A stretch of 64,000 nt of DNA from the human T2T-CHM13v2.0 reference genome, Homo sapiens: assembly GCF_009914755.1 (NCBI RefSeq), contig NC_060925.1. The stretch is one strand, 5' to 3'. The position numbers and the translations under genes are program-made. Below, piece after piece: positions 43,226 through 57,801 of the stretch. Each line of letters begins with the position of its first letter. Position 1 is the stretch's first letter. The notes below the pieces were generated by a model. That model did not search any database. It worked only from the letters and a program-made list of their open reading frames with translations, and was not told the origin of the DNA.

Positions 43226-45259
43226 TGAATATTTTCAATAATGAGATTTTTAAATAATGTCAATTTTTAGGCAAATTTGTTGCTGAAAACAAATAGTGCC
43301 AACTATAAAAATTTTTATAGCAGCATGCTTTGAAAACTTAGGATTCCATTTCTCTAATCTGATTATAAATCTTCTAAGCAAATTGCTGTGACTAGCTTTG
43401 GCCATATCTTACACAAAATATAAAAATGAAAATTCAGTACTTTTTAATGTGGAAGAAAAACTGATGAACATCAGGGAAGCTCAAAACCTGCTAGCCCATT
43501 TCAACAAAATATTTGCATTATTGGTGGGTGGGACTGAAATATGAGTTCAAAGATTTTTCATCTGCAGGCACCATACATTTCTTCTATTTGGACTTATTTA
43601 ATTTTTACCACTTGATTTTTCCAATAATAACAGTTATTAAGCCAATAATCAGAATGTCTCAATAAACAGAACCATTTAGAACTGGACCTGCAAGTCATTC
43701 TAGTATGAAGTTTTAAGTGAAGATTTTCGTGATGGTGATGTGTATTTCATCACCCTGCAAGCACCCAACAATTTTAATAAAATATTTAAGTTTTTAGCAC
43801 CACTAATAAATAGAACAGAATAACATTTCCTAAAAATGTTATTTATCTCATCCATTTTAATTTCATGTTGTTATATGCATTTTATAATACACAAAAATAT
43901 TACTGTAATAATAAATGCCTACTTTATAAAGGTTTTTATAAGCATGTAACTATGCATCAAAAATATATTGGCTTTTATTTTAACTGTAAAGATTGTTTCT
44001 ACAAAGAAAAAATTTGGAAACAACTGCCTCTTGATCTCCAACTTGGTCCTTTCTATGTTCTAAAAAGATTTCCAGAAGTTCCCTCTACTTTCCTTTTCAA
44101 ACTTAAGCAGATTTCCAATAAGGACTAGAACATAAGTAGTAGTGAATGTTCCTTAACCTGCTTTTAATTCTTCTCTTCCTCTACTGTACTTCATCTTGTT
44201 TCTTGATAGGAGAGAAAGAAGACTGATTTCAGCCAGATTATGTACACCTTCAAACTTTTTTGTCTTACATCAACTCCTGAATTTATAGATAAAAATCAGA
44301 GGTTATTACCCGTCATATTAATATTTTCTGCATCTTTTCTGGAAAAATAGTAGTACTTTGTCTCTGTTTTAAATGAAGTGGCCATTGAAAATAACAAAAT
44401 TCAACAATTAATGTGGATATTACTGTTTCAACTCATTTGTATGCACTTCACAAAGGAAATAACTGCTTTAAGATTATTTAAGGAGTAGGCTCTGACATGA
44501 GGCAAGTCTACCTTGGATAATTTACAAATACAAGAAATATGTTCCTGAATTTACAAGGATGCCTCAGCTAACCCCAGGGCACGAGGCCAAAAGGCAACCA
44601 GGCATCAGGTTATTGCAATCTGGAGAGGATGTGCTTTGATACAAAAGAAAATCTTCATGCAAACTGCACGTGCATATGTGGCACAGATTTTAAAGAATGA
44701 ACCCTCAGGCCCTGAAAAAAAATTAATGAGTTCTGCCTCTCCTTTCTGTGACCTTTTAGTTAGGTTTTCAAGGGAATTTGTTTTCTTTGTTTTAGTCTGA
44801 GCTGTTCGGGAAAAAGTCACAGTGGGATAGTGAATCTGCAAAAGTGCTCTCAAAGCACAGATTTTGCAGTCTACCATTGAGTTACCGTCTCTTGAGTAAT
44901 TGAAGGTCCTGAACCAGGTAAATTCACATACCAGTCAAATATTGTCTTAAAAAAAACCCAACCCAGAACTCCTCTTTCTAGGTGTTTTTCTCTTTGATGA
45001 TATAATTATTCTGCCAAGAGCCTATTCAACTCATTATCACTCCTTTTCCATCCTTCTAACTCTGCTTTCATTAAAAGGTTAGATTAATTTACTTATCATG
45101 TCACAAGAGAGCAGAACATGGGGATAGGAACAGTGGACTTGAGGTCAAAAAATTCAGCCCAAAAATCAGGCCTTGACATTTACTATGAGATGTGTGCCTT
45201 AGTTTCTTATTCTATGGTATAGGGCTAAGAATGTTTTCCTTGATTCAAGTAGCAGTCAT

Positions 45260-45540
45260 GTAGATTAGGTTCCAACATCGGTTCTACTCTGCCCCCTCAC
45301 TCCACTCAGCAGCCAGTGAGTTTTGAGTGGGATGGACCCCTCCCCAGATCCAGAGTGGGTCCCTGCTTAATCCAAGTTTATCAGTTCACTTCATCTTATT
45401 TGCTATCAAGACTGGCTCCCAGATAGTCAGTAATTTAGGACTAAGTGAATAGGCCTGATTTTTCCCACAGCAGTTGGTCTAGGGGTGGACTTGGAAACTG
45501 AATCTGTCTAATCAGCATGAAAAGAGCATCTCTTTTCCTT
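45260..45540 (+). mobile_element. LTR16-like ERVL fragment, preceded by a MIR piece (~45110-45230)
   Basis: cagcagccagtgagttttgagtgggatggacccctccccagatccag. Confidence 0.45.
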
Positions 45541-46679
45541 AAATAATAAGTTGCATGGGTCTGAAGCTTGGTCACATTTAAGGGTTATTCAGAGATTTTA
45601 AACTAACCAGGGCAGTAGTAACAATATCTAACTGTCTCAAAATTATTTCCTTTCTTAGCACTCTATACCTGCAACAAAACCCTTTAAGCTACTAGGAATG
45701 ATACTGTTAATCTAGTATAATGATCCAAACCTATTGCCTGTCATAGGCCTTACAATATATATAGGCAGGGGAAAGCTACAAATATACTTTTTCTATTTTT
45801 CTATTTCTTATCAAGTTGTTCTGCTTTAATTGACATTGATTGAACAAAATTCTCCAAATTTTTGAAGGATTCAGAAAATAAAAAAACATAATATGCATAA
45901 GAAATAGTGAAGGAAGAAAGAGAAAAGCAAAGTTAGCAGTATGAATTTGAGATAATAGTAAGGCTAGTTAAAACGTACTATATATTTATACACACATGTT
46001 ATGGGTAGATTGCATGTTTCATTTTAAGCCAGGAAAGTAGTTTATTTTTTAATATATAAAATTTGAAGTCTTATTCTTTAGGGATGTCTGCATATGGAAG
46101 TGTCAATAAACATTCTTCACTGCATCTTCAAGAATATACACTTTATATGTACACTTTATGGTATGCTTTATGTGATACCAGCTTCTGTTCAAGAAAAAAA
46201 ACCTGCAAGTATAAGATATTGGGAGACAATTCTCACGTTTCTACTCATCACTGATAGCCTTTGCACAGTAAGCAGCATTGGAAGATAGAAATAGTGTCTC
46301 TCATGGGGAAAAGGTGGCATATTTATACTATACAGTTTCATAAAGATAATGTCTCATTCTCGGATGAAAGTCAGGCAGGCTTAGTGCCCATTGTAAAAGA
46401 TTTTTTTTTCTGTGCAGGAAATTCTTTTCCTATAATGGAACCCAATGTGTTCAACCATCACCTGGCCCTCTCTGCATTGTTCTGTGAGAACTGGGGTCTA
46501 GGGAACCAGCACAAATCCTGAAAGTCTGGCTTCTGCTATTGCTAGAAGTACTCAAGCCTTTTATTTCTCATCCAGGAGTCTTATATCTCCTACCAACAGG
46601 CATGAAACTGTAAAGTTAAATCTTAGGTTGCCTGTAGGGTATAATTTCAGACTCTTCACACCTTCTTTACATAGTAGCC

Positions 46680-47278
46680 TGTGTTCATTTTCTATTGCTA
46701 TGTAACAAATTATCACAAAAGTAGTAGCTTAAAACAACACCCATGTACTAGCTTACCTTCTTTTGGTCTGAAGCTCAGGCGTTGTGTGGCTAGATTTCTT
46801 ACAAAATGGCTCAAACCTCAAAATCAAGGTGTCGGCCAGAATTGGTTAATTTCTGGAGTCTGTAAGGGAAGAATGCTTTTCTAACACATTTACTTTTCGG
46901 TCAAATTCTATTTCTTGCAACTATAGAACCAAGGACTGATTTTCTTGCTGGGGCTACTCCAAGCTCCCACTGTCCACCCATATTTATTGCCACATGGCCC
47001 CATCCATCTTCAAAGCCAGAGGAGAGACTATACCTCAACTTGAATCCCTCTAACCCCTTGAATCTTTGACTTCCTCTGCCTTTGACCTCTAGATTCAGAT
47101 TTCAAAGGCTTATATTTTTAGGTTACATTCACCCAGATAATCTCTCTATCTTGAGATCAACTGATTTAGAGCCTTGATTACATCTGACAAATATAACCAC
47201 AAATTTCACCCACACTCAACAGGAGATTGTACAAGGGTAAATGTCAAGGTGGGTCACTTTAGAATTCATCCTAGCACA
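46680..47278 (-). mobile_element. MaLR solo LTR (MLT1E-like)
   Basis: ttttctattgctatgtaacaaattatcacaaa..tagtagcttaaaacaacac...tagaattcatcctagcaca. Confidence 0.82.
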
Positions 47279-48329
47279 GTCTTATTGTTTGTCATCTCTG
47301 ACCTAAATTTTTAATCAAACAGTGAAAACTGCGTAGTAAAATCAGTTCCTAAAATAACACTATTCTGAGATAAAAATAAGCCAATTAATTAGAGCAATAA
47401 TGTAATAATACTATAAATAGAGATTTGATTATCATTTCATAAAAGGAATGCTGTGTACTATAATGAATAACATTCTCAACAACATTCTTATCTTGGACAC
47501 CACTATAAGGTCTATAGGTATGTTTCTTGAACATATTTCAACATAAACTGATGGAAAGTCCAAAACACAATTCAGCAAAAGGAATTCTATAAAGTCTTCT
47601 TTTCAAAACTCAACATGCACAATGTTTTGCCAGATAACCTTAACATATATACATTTAGATAGATATTAAAATAACTGTAGCAGGTTAATAAGGTAAAATG
47701 ATGTCAAGGACCAGAAAAACAGCATAATGGTGAAGACAATAGGAAGTGGTGGCAACTGAGGCTAACTAGAAAGAACATATCTTGCCTAATGACATTCAAT
47801 GCATCATTTTAAAGACAGTGTACCTGACAAACAAAACACATCCTCAGACTGCCATGAAGCAGTTCTTATGTGTGACCTTTAATATATCTTCATGTCATTC
47901 AAGCAATCTCTTATATTGTCACTTTACTTGAACTTCAGATTACACTTGTCAGTGAGTTCAAGATTATAATGCCTTGAAAAGCATACAAAGGTGGTTACCA
48001 AGTAAAAGTCAGATAGGAATTAAATAATAAAGATTATTCTTAGTTTTTATTTTTTGATGTATCTGTAATATTTCTGTTCAAAATCTGTTAATTATTATAC
48101 TGATGTTTTGAATTAAAAATGTTAACTGCTAACAAAATCATCCTTTTGTGAATCTGTTTATGTAAGACTAAAATAATTCTTTGCTTCTAAGTAAATTGGT
48201 TTAACACTCATTAAGATTTCACATTTAAATTTAATTTATAAATAGCAATGTATCAGAGTTCTAAGCTTGTGCTGAGTAGAGGCATGAGAAATAGAGAGCC
48301 TATTGATTTAATTATAATAAATATCACTT

Positions 48330-49365
48330 AGATGTCAATGAAACACAAATGTATATGTTGGACGACTGCTTACTTGAAATCTCCTCTGAAAATTTTACAA
48401 CCATCTCAAACTTAATAAGGATATCTAGAATATTATACCCTGACACTTGACATCATGTCTTTTCTAATTCAATCAAAAGCATCCCACCTACCAGTGAAAA
48501 TTTAGTAGTTATTGATAATTTCTCTCCTTTTATCTCAGTATAAAGTATGTTCTGTTGATTCTCCCTCCAAAATATAGCTCAACTAAACACACATCATTCT
48601 ATCTAATACTACCATCCTTGTTCAGGTCATAATTATCTCGCTCTTCGGAGAGTACGAATTCATCTTAATTGTTCTCCTATTCCATTCTTGAGTTCTTCCT
48701 CCCATTCTCCAAATCCAACAAAAGCTATCTTTCTCAATACTAATCAGATACTGACATGACCTTACTTAGAACTCCTTAACAGCTTCTTTATCACCCCAAA
48801 CATACTTCTACCTCAGGGCCTTTCTATCTGGTGTTTACTCTGCCTGGGACATCTTTTCCCAGAGTTCCTCTTGGCTTTCCACCTCATTTCTGTCAGGTTA
48901 TATTCATGGCCTCTTCTTAGTGAGACTTTCTGCAACATCCCATCCAAAGGAATGAACTCCTCTATGCCTCCTTGTTTCTGGCTTGCCTTGTCACTTCTCT
49001 TTATGTCACATACTATACCTTTTACTTATTTACTTTCTTTGCTGCTTGTCTCCTCTTCCAAGTATAAGCTCAATGATGATGAAGGTTTTATCTGTTTTTC
49101 TTCCTACTGTAATGTTCTTTTCCCATTCTCAATATGGTAGTTCCTGCTCATTCTTTAATATACAGCTTAAGTGTAATATATCCTGGGAGAGGTCTTTTCT
49201 GACCACTCCGTCTAAAGTCAGTTCACTTTAATGTACTATCTATCTCAGCCATTTTAAAGACCATAATAGCACCACTTAAAATCATTTACTTGGCTTTATG
49301 CCCCCAGCAATTAGCTCAATATTTTTCAGATGACTTTTTGAACAAATGAATGAAGGAATGAATCA
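48330..49365 (+). mobile_element. L2 3' region
   Basis: catctcaaacttaa, ctccaaaatata, acctcagggccttt, ending gaacaaatgaatgaa. Confidence 0.7.
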
Positions 49366-49929
49366 AGTATAGAATATAAATCATGACTAAATGAAGATAA
49401 GCCTAGGAAAAAAATTTTACATATAAAGAATTTTGATGAAATATATAGATTTTCAAATCCATTTATTGATTCAATTTTCCTAGTAGTATCAAACTGTTTC
49501 TTTTAACAATCAACCTTACACACAAGGATTATGTATTACAATACTTGAAACAAGTCTCGGAATGAAATTATCATTCGAATTCTTATTACGTATGCAGCCA
49601 TGGACAAGTCACTGAACATTAATTTTTTTATTGATACAGTTAGGATAATTATACCTTCATTATAAGTTTAAATGTGGTAAATTCAATTAATGGTTTTGTT
49701 TTTGTTGTTAATAGTATAAAAGGAAAGTGCTCATAGAAGTTGGTGAAAGCCCTGAATAAGAAATAAAGTACATGCTCACACTGCACTAAGCACCCTGGAG
49801 GTAGATAAGTTACAAAGATTAGGATTTGCATAATTGGTGTAACTCATAGTTTGCATTAACCTTATGAAGGGCAGCTATTTTTCATAGGTGTTGAGAGTAA
49901 TGTTAAAGAATACCAAAACCTAAGCCCTA

Positions 49930-50170
49930 GCAATCATGAAAGTTAGCATGGATTATTAAGCTAATTAAAACACTGGGACTCTGGAGACCTGAATTTTAAT
50001 ACACATTTTGCCACTAACTTATAATGTAACCCTAGGCAAGAGAGCAAGTCTCTTTATTCTTTGCTTTCTTCATCTGTGAAGTGAACATTACCTTCCAGAG
50101 GTGGTTGTACTGCATAGCAATGAACTGATGTGAAGTACACTGTAAGAATGGCATCCTTATGATAATTGCA
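49930..50170 (+). mobile_element. MIR3/MIRc
   Basis: ggagacctgaatttta...tgccactaact...tttcttcatctgtgaagtg. Confidence 0.65.
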
Positions 50171-53100
50171 AAGAGTAAAATTTAAAGCATGTAACATGGT
50201 TAAAATAAATCTACAGATAGACAGATTACATCTTATCTCTTCAAAACGTTTACTATTAACAGAGGGAACAAGATCATTTTGGTTTTTGCTATTTAGTTTA
50301 TTCCACCCCCATACTCCCCACCATACCCCTTCAGGAAGCTTCCAAAAGGAAGTGATTAAACTGTTGAGAATATTTAAACTAACTAAAGACTAGAAACAAT
50401 GTATGGCCAGCAAATGTTAATTAATATAATGTCTTCGCCAAATTTATCTTAAAATGCAAGGTACACAGACTTACTTCCACCAGAGCATTCATAATTTTTG
50501 CTCTTTAATTAAAGCTCTGATGCCTGTTGCCATTGCTTCTCTTGACTGAGCCCCCCAAAAGCATAATTGGGAAGAAAGATCATGGTACTGGATGATGAAT
50601 GAGTGTAGCATTCCCTGTACTAAGTTCTGTACTGGAATATAAAATGAATGGATGTCATCAAAGTCTAAATTATGGGCTTGAATTTAAGATAAATTAGCCT
50701 ACCTGTAGCACATTACAATTTTCCATACAAAATTAATTTATTTTACCTGCTGAATGACTGTACATTTATTAATTTGTGCAGGTCACACATTTTATTATTA
50801 AGGAGACCCTTTCTGAATGATAGTAAGGTGATTTTTGATTGTGATTCTTGGCTGGTTTGTTATATACTAACTTCAAATTTCTTTATCTGAGAACTTGTAA
50901 ATTTGCTGTCAACGTGAGGAAATAACAGGAATTCAGAAAGTTCTCTTTTATGTAAAATATTGCTCATGTTTAGAGAAAAAACTTTTTTTCATTGAAACAC
51001 ATTTAACAAAAATATGCTGTTCTTTTTTATAGAATCATCTAAGGTAATGTATAGGAAGCCCGAATTATGCGAGGAAATCTAAATTCAATATTCATGACTC
51101 CAAAATGATGCATATCTCTTATGCGAAATACATTTTCTTTCCCGTTTATTCACACTTACATAGGGATTTTGTAATGTGGCTACAGGTTAATATCTGGGCA
51201 TATCTTTTTTTATATATTACTAGTATACACATGGTTTTCCTTTTAAGCCATATGAATAGAGAAAATGAAAATAGAAAAATAAAACCTTATAGAACATTAC
51301 ATATGAATATTTGTAGCCACAAACTGCTTGTGATCTCCACTACACCAAATTGCTGTAAAAAGAAAATTAAGATGGATGTTTACTTCAATGAGAGAAACTT
51401 CCAGACATTTAAAAAAAATCAAAAAGTAGTAGTTGATCAGGTATTTTATTCAAACAAATGTTAATTCTGTACTTCAACCATGAATACCAATCCAGTAAGC
51501 AGTAAATGATCATAAATGAATCACGCCTATTTTGAAGTAAACTGTGACATTGCTAATATTTTCAAACACTTTCTAAAGTCTTGATATAAACCAAGTGTTT
51601 TGAATAGTTCCTGTGCTTCTTAAGAAAAGACAACCTCAAGTATATGCCCCTAATTTTTTGTTTTGTTTTGTTTTTTACAATTCTAGCAGAGCTCTTAAGA
51701 CTATTAGGAATTCTGGAGTGAAGCATGAATACATTAAACCCATTATTAAGGTATTGCAAAAATTGTTGGTTTCATTTACTCTTTCAATAAACTAATCCAT
51801 AAGTTGATAGCGACTTTATCTGACCTTCATGCAAGTGTTGCACTCTGAGTGTGGAATGTGAGATGACTGTCTGTAAATGTTTTGTTTGAAAATATAGTCC
51901 AATAACATTGATTTACGGTGATGTCTAGTCACAAAACCCTTATGAATACAACATTCAAAACGAATAGGACAGTGACAGTACATCATTCTGGGAAAGAGGA
52001 ACATCTCGGCAATATGAATCATAGACATAGATAACTGGTGTCATTTAAACCACATTAATATTAAGGAATGTAGTTTACATTTTAGAATTACTCAGTATGC
52101 AAATACGCATTTCAACTTTATAGTGCATATCTAGTCAACATGGAAAGCTATATGTCAAAGATTTTAAACATAATGAAAATTATCAATGACTTTTATTTCT
52201 GTATAACTGATGATCAGCAATAATATTCTTTGGATGAACAATAATACTTAAAATTATAATATTAATATAATTAGCAAGAAATTTTAAAGACATCAGCTTT
52301 TAAAGCTAGAGATTTATTATTTTACATGATGGAAACAGTATATTGGCCACATTCAAGACGGGTTTTCACTGAGATTTATAATTTCTGACATATTTCTCAA
52401 AGGAATGTGAAATATATGTGTAAAGAGGTACTTACACTTAAGTACATCATGTGTACTTATCATGTGTAAGACAGTAAATACAGTTAGAAATTTTGCCGTT
52501 AAAATCCTCTAGCTTACAATTTTTTGGTTCCTCTGGAGAATAAAAAAGAATCTCGATAATTGATGAATAGCTCTCTACAATATGCCCCAAGAGTGGACAG
52601 GAAGAATACAATTACTGATGTTACACAGGTATTAGGAGGCAGTTTAAAGCAGCTTGTTAGTTGAATTGAGCAATAGGGAAACTTACAGTTCAACAGCTTT
52701 GCTAGCAGGTGTTCCTGTTGCCGTGGTAAAGTGCTACATGTTTTACTCAATAATGGTGATAATACAATTGAGTTATCCCAAAACTCTTTGTAAAAACTCA
52801 AGTAATAAAAGCACATTATGGTTTCTTTATACCTCTAGTGTTGCTTTAACCTATATGCCCCCAAATGCATCTGCTTTTGAAAATGTCTTATTTAGGCCAG
52901 AGGAAAAATGGTAATTTTGAAAATGGAATTTAATTTTCTGTTATATTTTTCATTAGAGCCATCATCTGTAAGTTTATTTATTTTTTCTTAGCTTTGCAAC
53001 AGGTCATTAACAATGTAAAAAGCCTATAAATAAATATATTTTCACCTACATTTACAGTGACTAAGTATAATAAAAAGACACACCGCATTTCCTTATCAGG

Positions 53101-53514
53101 CTTTCTGATAATACAGGAGATCCTCTGGTCATACACTTTAAACCTTAGAGCATTTATATATTCAAAAAAGCTTAGCCTCAGGGCAAGTCAAAGCAGCTCA
53201 TTACATGAAAAAAAAATGACATTAGTTATTAAGCATAGTTATTTTAGTTTGACCATAGAAGAGCTTTTGTTTGTCGTTTGTTTTCAATTACATTTGATTT
53301 TGCATGTAGGATATATAATAAAAAAGGAAAAGTATAAATGCATATATTTAAGGAAGAGAATTTAAAATAAAAAAAGAATTAGACCAACACTATCAACAGC
53401 TGTGGTTCTGTCACTGATGTCTTACAGAGTTTTACTTTAGACTTAGGTACATGATTAGGCTTCCAACCTAAGCTGCTCTTTTATTAGATCTTCTGTCTGT
53501 CTACCATCTCAGTG

Positions 53515-53760
53515 GTCAGTCGTTCATTCAAAATTGATTCATTTTCCAATGAGGTATCATGCCAGGTACAGAAGCTACACAAATAAAGAGACAGGACCTG
53601 ACCTCCAGGGGCTAGGTGTCCAACAGAAGATTCAGACATGTAAGCCAAAAATTACAGGCAAGTGCTGTGAAAGAACTATGAACAAGGTGGTAGCAGAGCA
53701 GAGTGAGGGAAGACAAAAATACTGCCTGGAGGTGTCAGGCGGTAGCCTAAGGATTGCACT
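53515..53760 (-). mobile_element. L2 3' end fragment
   Basis: cattcaaaa...tgccaggtac...aaataaagagacaggacctgacctccagg. Confidence 0.6.
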
Positions 53761-54243
53761 TGCATAAGATTGGTAAATACTGATTTCCTTAGGGAGTGAG
53801 GCCATGCACACCCGAGTTTGAAGGACAGCATTTACTTAAATCATTATTCAGAATTCAGCATACTCAGTGATACCTGTTTTCTACTCCAAATGTATAGTTG
53901 CTGTTGTGATATCTTTTCAACTCTCATTTCATGAATATATTGACTGACTTGAGGTCAAGTCTCTGAAAACATGCATTGAATAATGAAGCCTTATAAGGCT
54001 TATAAACAAAAATAAAATTATTTATAACAATTTGTTAGAAAAGTTTTTGGCAATTATTTCCATAATCGATGGATATTTTCATATAAATAGGTTGCAAATG
54101 GTATACTAAAACATGGAATTAAAAATGATTCCACTATAAATTTAGCCATTGTATATTTAAACTTAATTCATTTTTATTGCTTGATCTGGACTCAAACTAG
54201 AATCACTTCTGTCAGCAGCTATGGGGGAAAGATAAAATTTAAA

Positions 54244-54580
<337 letters not shown>

Positions 54581-55019
54581 TTATACAGTATGCAGTGATA
54601 AAAATGAGGAAAGTTGAAGACAATCAATTCTCAAAAAATGGTAACAAAATTTTTAAAGTCATTATTAATCGAACAGTTAATATTTAAAAAGCAATGAGCT
54701 GCCATTTTGTTCTTGTAATTATAATTTAGTGAGTAAGGGCCAGTGAAACTGACATTGCATTATCCTGCCCCTGCTAGTGTAGTTACACAGTACTTTGGGA
54801 ATACTTTTTAGAATCTAAAATTATTCGTATTTTTGATCCAGCAATGCAACTTGTTAGACTTTATACAACAAAGCACACTAATTTTAAAAAACTAGATAAT
54901 CTATATACTATAAAAATTATGCATTATTGACAAATGCAAAAAAAGAAAAAATAAAACACCAACATTGACTGAATTTTACTACTAGTACTACTATTACTAT
55001 GATTACTAATACAACCACT

Positions 55020-55240
55020 GCTAAAATCTACTGTGCTTTTATCATGTGTAAGACTCTCTAATTGTTTTACATGGATATCATTTAATGAAAACAAAATCCC
55101 ACTGTGTTCGTTATTTTATTATTCTGATCTTATAGATGAGAAAACTGAGGTTCAGGGAGGTAAAATTATTCATTCAATATAATAAACTAGTAGTGGAGCA
55201 ACCAATATACAAATCCAACTATCTGTGACTAGAGGTTGCA
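55020..55240 (-). mobile_element. MIR
   Basis: ttatagatgagaaaactgaggttcagggaggtaaa core. Confidence 0.75.
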
Positions 55241-55340
55241 CATGAAAACCAAATTCCATAATACACAGTAATATTTAATACTCATAGGGGTGTCATTTTT
55301 CAACATTACATATTACAACACCAAGCTTTAAAGAGATTCA

Positions 55341-55640
55341 GGCCAGGTGCAGTGGCTTACGCCTCTAAACCGAGCACTTTGGGAGGCCGAGGCAGGTGGA
55401 TCACTTGAGGTCAGGAGTTCAAGACCAGCCTGGCCAACATGGTGAAACCCCCTTTCTACAAAAATACAAAAATTAGCCAGGCATAATGTCGGTGCCCGTA
55501 ATCCCAGCTACTGAAGAGGCTGAGGTGGGAGAATAGCTTGAACTGAGGAGGTGGAGGTTACAGTGAGCTGAGATTGTTCCATTATACTCCAGCCTGGGCG
55601 ACACAGCGAGACCCTGTCTTAAAAAATAATAATAATAATA
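55341..55640 (+). mobile_element. AluSx/Sz
   Basis: ggatcacttgaggtcaggagttcaagaccagcctggccaacatgg, (AAT)n tail, degenerate TSD AAGAGATTCA/AAGAGCTGCA. Confidence 0.95.
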
Positions 55641-57402
55641 AGAGCTGCAAATTCCAGAGTCACAAAGTGGGTTAAAAGAAGTCCGATGTCTTATGATTCT
55701 AGAGTTAGACTATTAATCCTTGAGCTATGCTGCATTTTAAGACAAGATTGCAGAACTTGGGGTTTCCAGATACTCTAATTTCATAAATTCTGGGGCCAGA
55801 ATCTGCTTTGATTAAATGAGATCAGATGTGATCAGGTATATTCATGGTGATTTGAAATAATCAATAATTTATAAAATTACTGTGTAAATAATTATTAAAT
55901 CTATTCACTCACTTGATCTTATAATTATGCCACAATGCAGCATAGGCAACCCTATGGTGTAATGACAAGTGAAAAGTGTAAGAGGAAAAAAAGGTACATA
56001 TATTGTGATTATTAATATATTAAAAATGTGAAAAAGACTGGGCAGAAAAAGTAACCAAAATTTTTACTATAATGGTAGGATTATGGGTGATTTTTTTCAT
56101 TTTTAATTTTCTCTGACTTGATAAAATTTTGAAACTTAAAAAACTTAAAGGAATAAAATTAAAGTATAGCAAATAATTTAAATATCAGATATTAAAAGCT
56201 GATCTTTTCCTGCCTACAATATGTAATGCATTTGTTTATGTTAAGGTTTCCTACTCTTTTTATAGCATAGGTAGAAGTAAGACCAATTTTTCAGCTTCAG
56301 GTTTCCAAAATCTTACATATTTTATTTTACATTTCTCTCACTAATATGTTTAGAAAAATATACGATTGATAGTGTTATTGTAAGGGTTTTTTTTAAAACA
56401 CTGTCCAACCTATAAATAATTTTATAATCTTTCTAAGAGTTAATATATTAATAAACACATATATATGTATTTATATGTGTATTTATACATATGATCAGAG
56501 GCATAAATGAAAAAACGTATCCATACTTAAAATAACCTAAACCATCCTTCAATGTTTTTCCAAGTATTTTGTTTAATATAATTAATTGATTGTGTGGGGC
56601 ACATAAACCTGCATATTGTCAACTACTCAGTTATGATTTATATATTTGATATGGAAGTGAAATCCCCTGAACAAAAACAGAAACTTCATGGAATCAACAC
56701 AGGAAACTAATGGAAATGCATATATATTGTGAATAAGGTACTAGAATGTACAATACTGTGGTCACAAGTAAACCATTCAGTAAAGAAATAAAAACTAGCA
56801 AAGAATAAGATTAAGAATAATCTTAGGCTTCTAGTATTAGTCTTTTGTTTCCATATTGCTTATCAACAGTGTATTTATGAATTTAAATTATGCTTATGTT
56901 TCATTATATGTGATCAGAAGCCATTTAAATCTTGTTCTCACATCTCTTATAAATCTCCACTGCCAAAATATTCCTGACAAATCAACCTATTGAAAAACCA
57001 CTATGTCCTTCATGTATTTACCACATTTACCCTTTGAAAATAAAAACAAAAATTGGTAAGGATTATGACATTTCCTTCACCAATATTCATTCTAAAAGAG
57101 GCATCCTAAATATAATACATTCCATTATATATATTATAGTATAGTATATTTTATGTATATCATATCATATTATATAAATTATCACATTATTCACTTACAA
57201 ATCCCCGTAATGAATCTCCTATTCTTTCCACATTTTAGAAGGTAACATGCCATCTTGAGTTTTATGTGTTTTCATACTTTTGAAATTAGCTCTTTCATTG
57301 TTTACATACACGGATAACCTATATTAAGCACCCCTGGAAGAGTGTATGGTTTATTGAGGACAAATCTACTCTATACTGCTATGCAACATTCATTCACAGT
57401 TT

Positions 57403-57801
57403 TTAACAAAGACAGGGAAACTATACCATCAAGCCTCTTACTTTATATATTTAAGTAATTATAAATGTTTACTGATGTACATAATGGTATCCAACTTTGG
57501 AAGCCTGTAAGCGTGTGTGTGTGTGTTTGTGTGCATATAGACATGTGCTTGCATATCTGTATTGTAGCTAGATATCCAAAAATATTTACACAGCAGTATA
57601 ATTACATATCAAATTAAGAACCATTGTTACACATTAAACACATTTACATATTATAATATATGTAGCATATTATGTAACACATTACATATTATAACATATT
57701 AATAGACTTGGCACAAATGTCAATAGTAAATTTGAATTAGGTTCCCTCTTTGAGGATCACTTTTGTAACCTGTAAAGTTGGAATGAGTATCATAAATACT
57801 C
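57403..57801 (+). repeat. Copy 1 of an old local duplication
   Basis: Colinear with 59047-59394. Exact anchors ATATCAAATTAAGAA and TTGGCACAAATGTCAATA. Confidence 0.9.

Noticed and set aside
44510-44715. Minus-strand acceptor (ttttttttcag) suggesting a coding exon
   Set aside because: All three frames hit stops and the downstream donors are weak.
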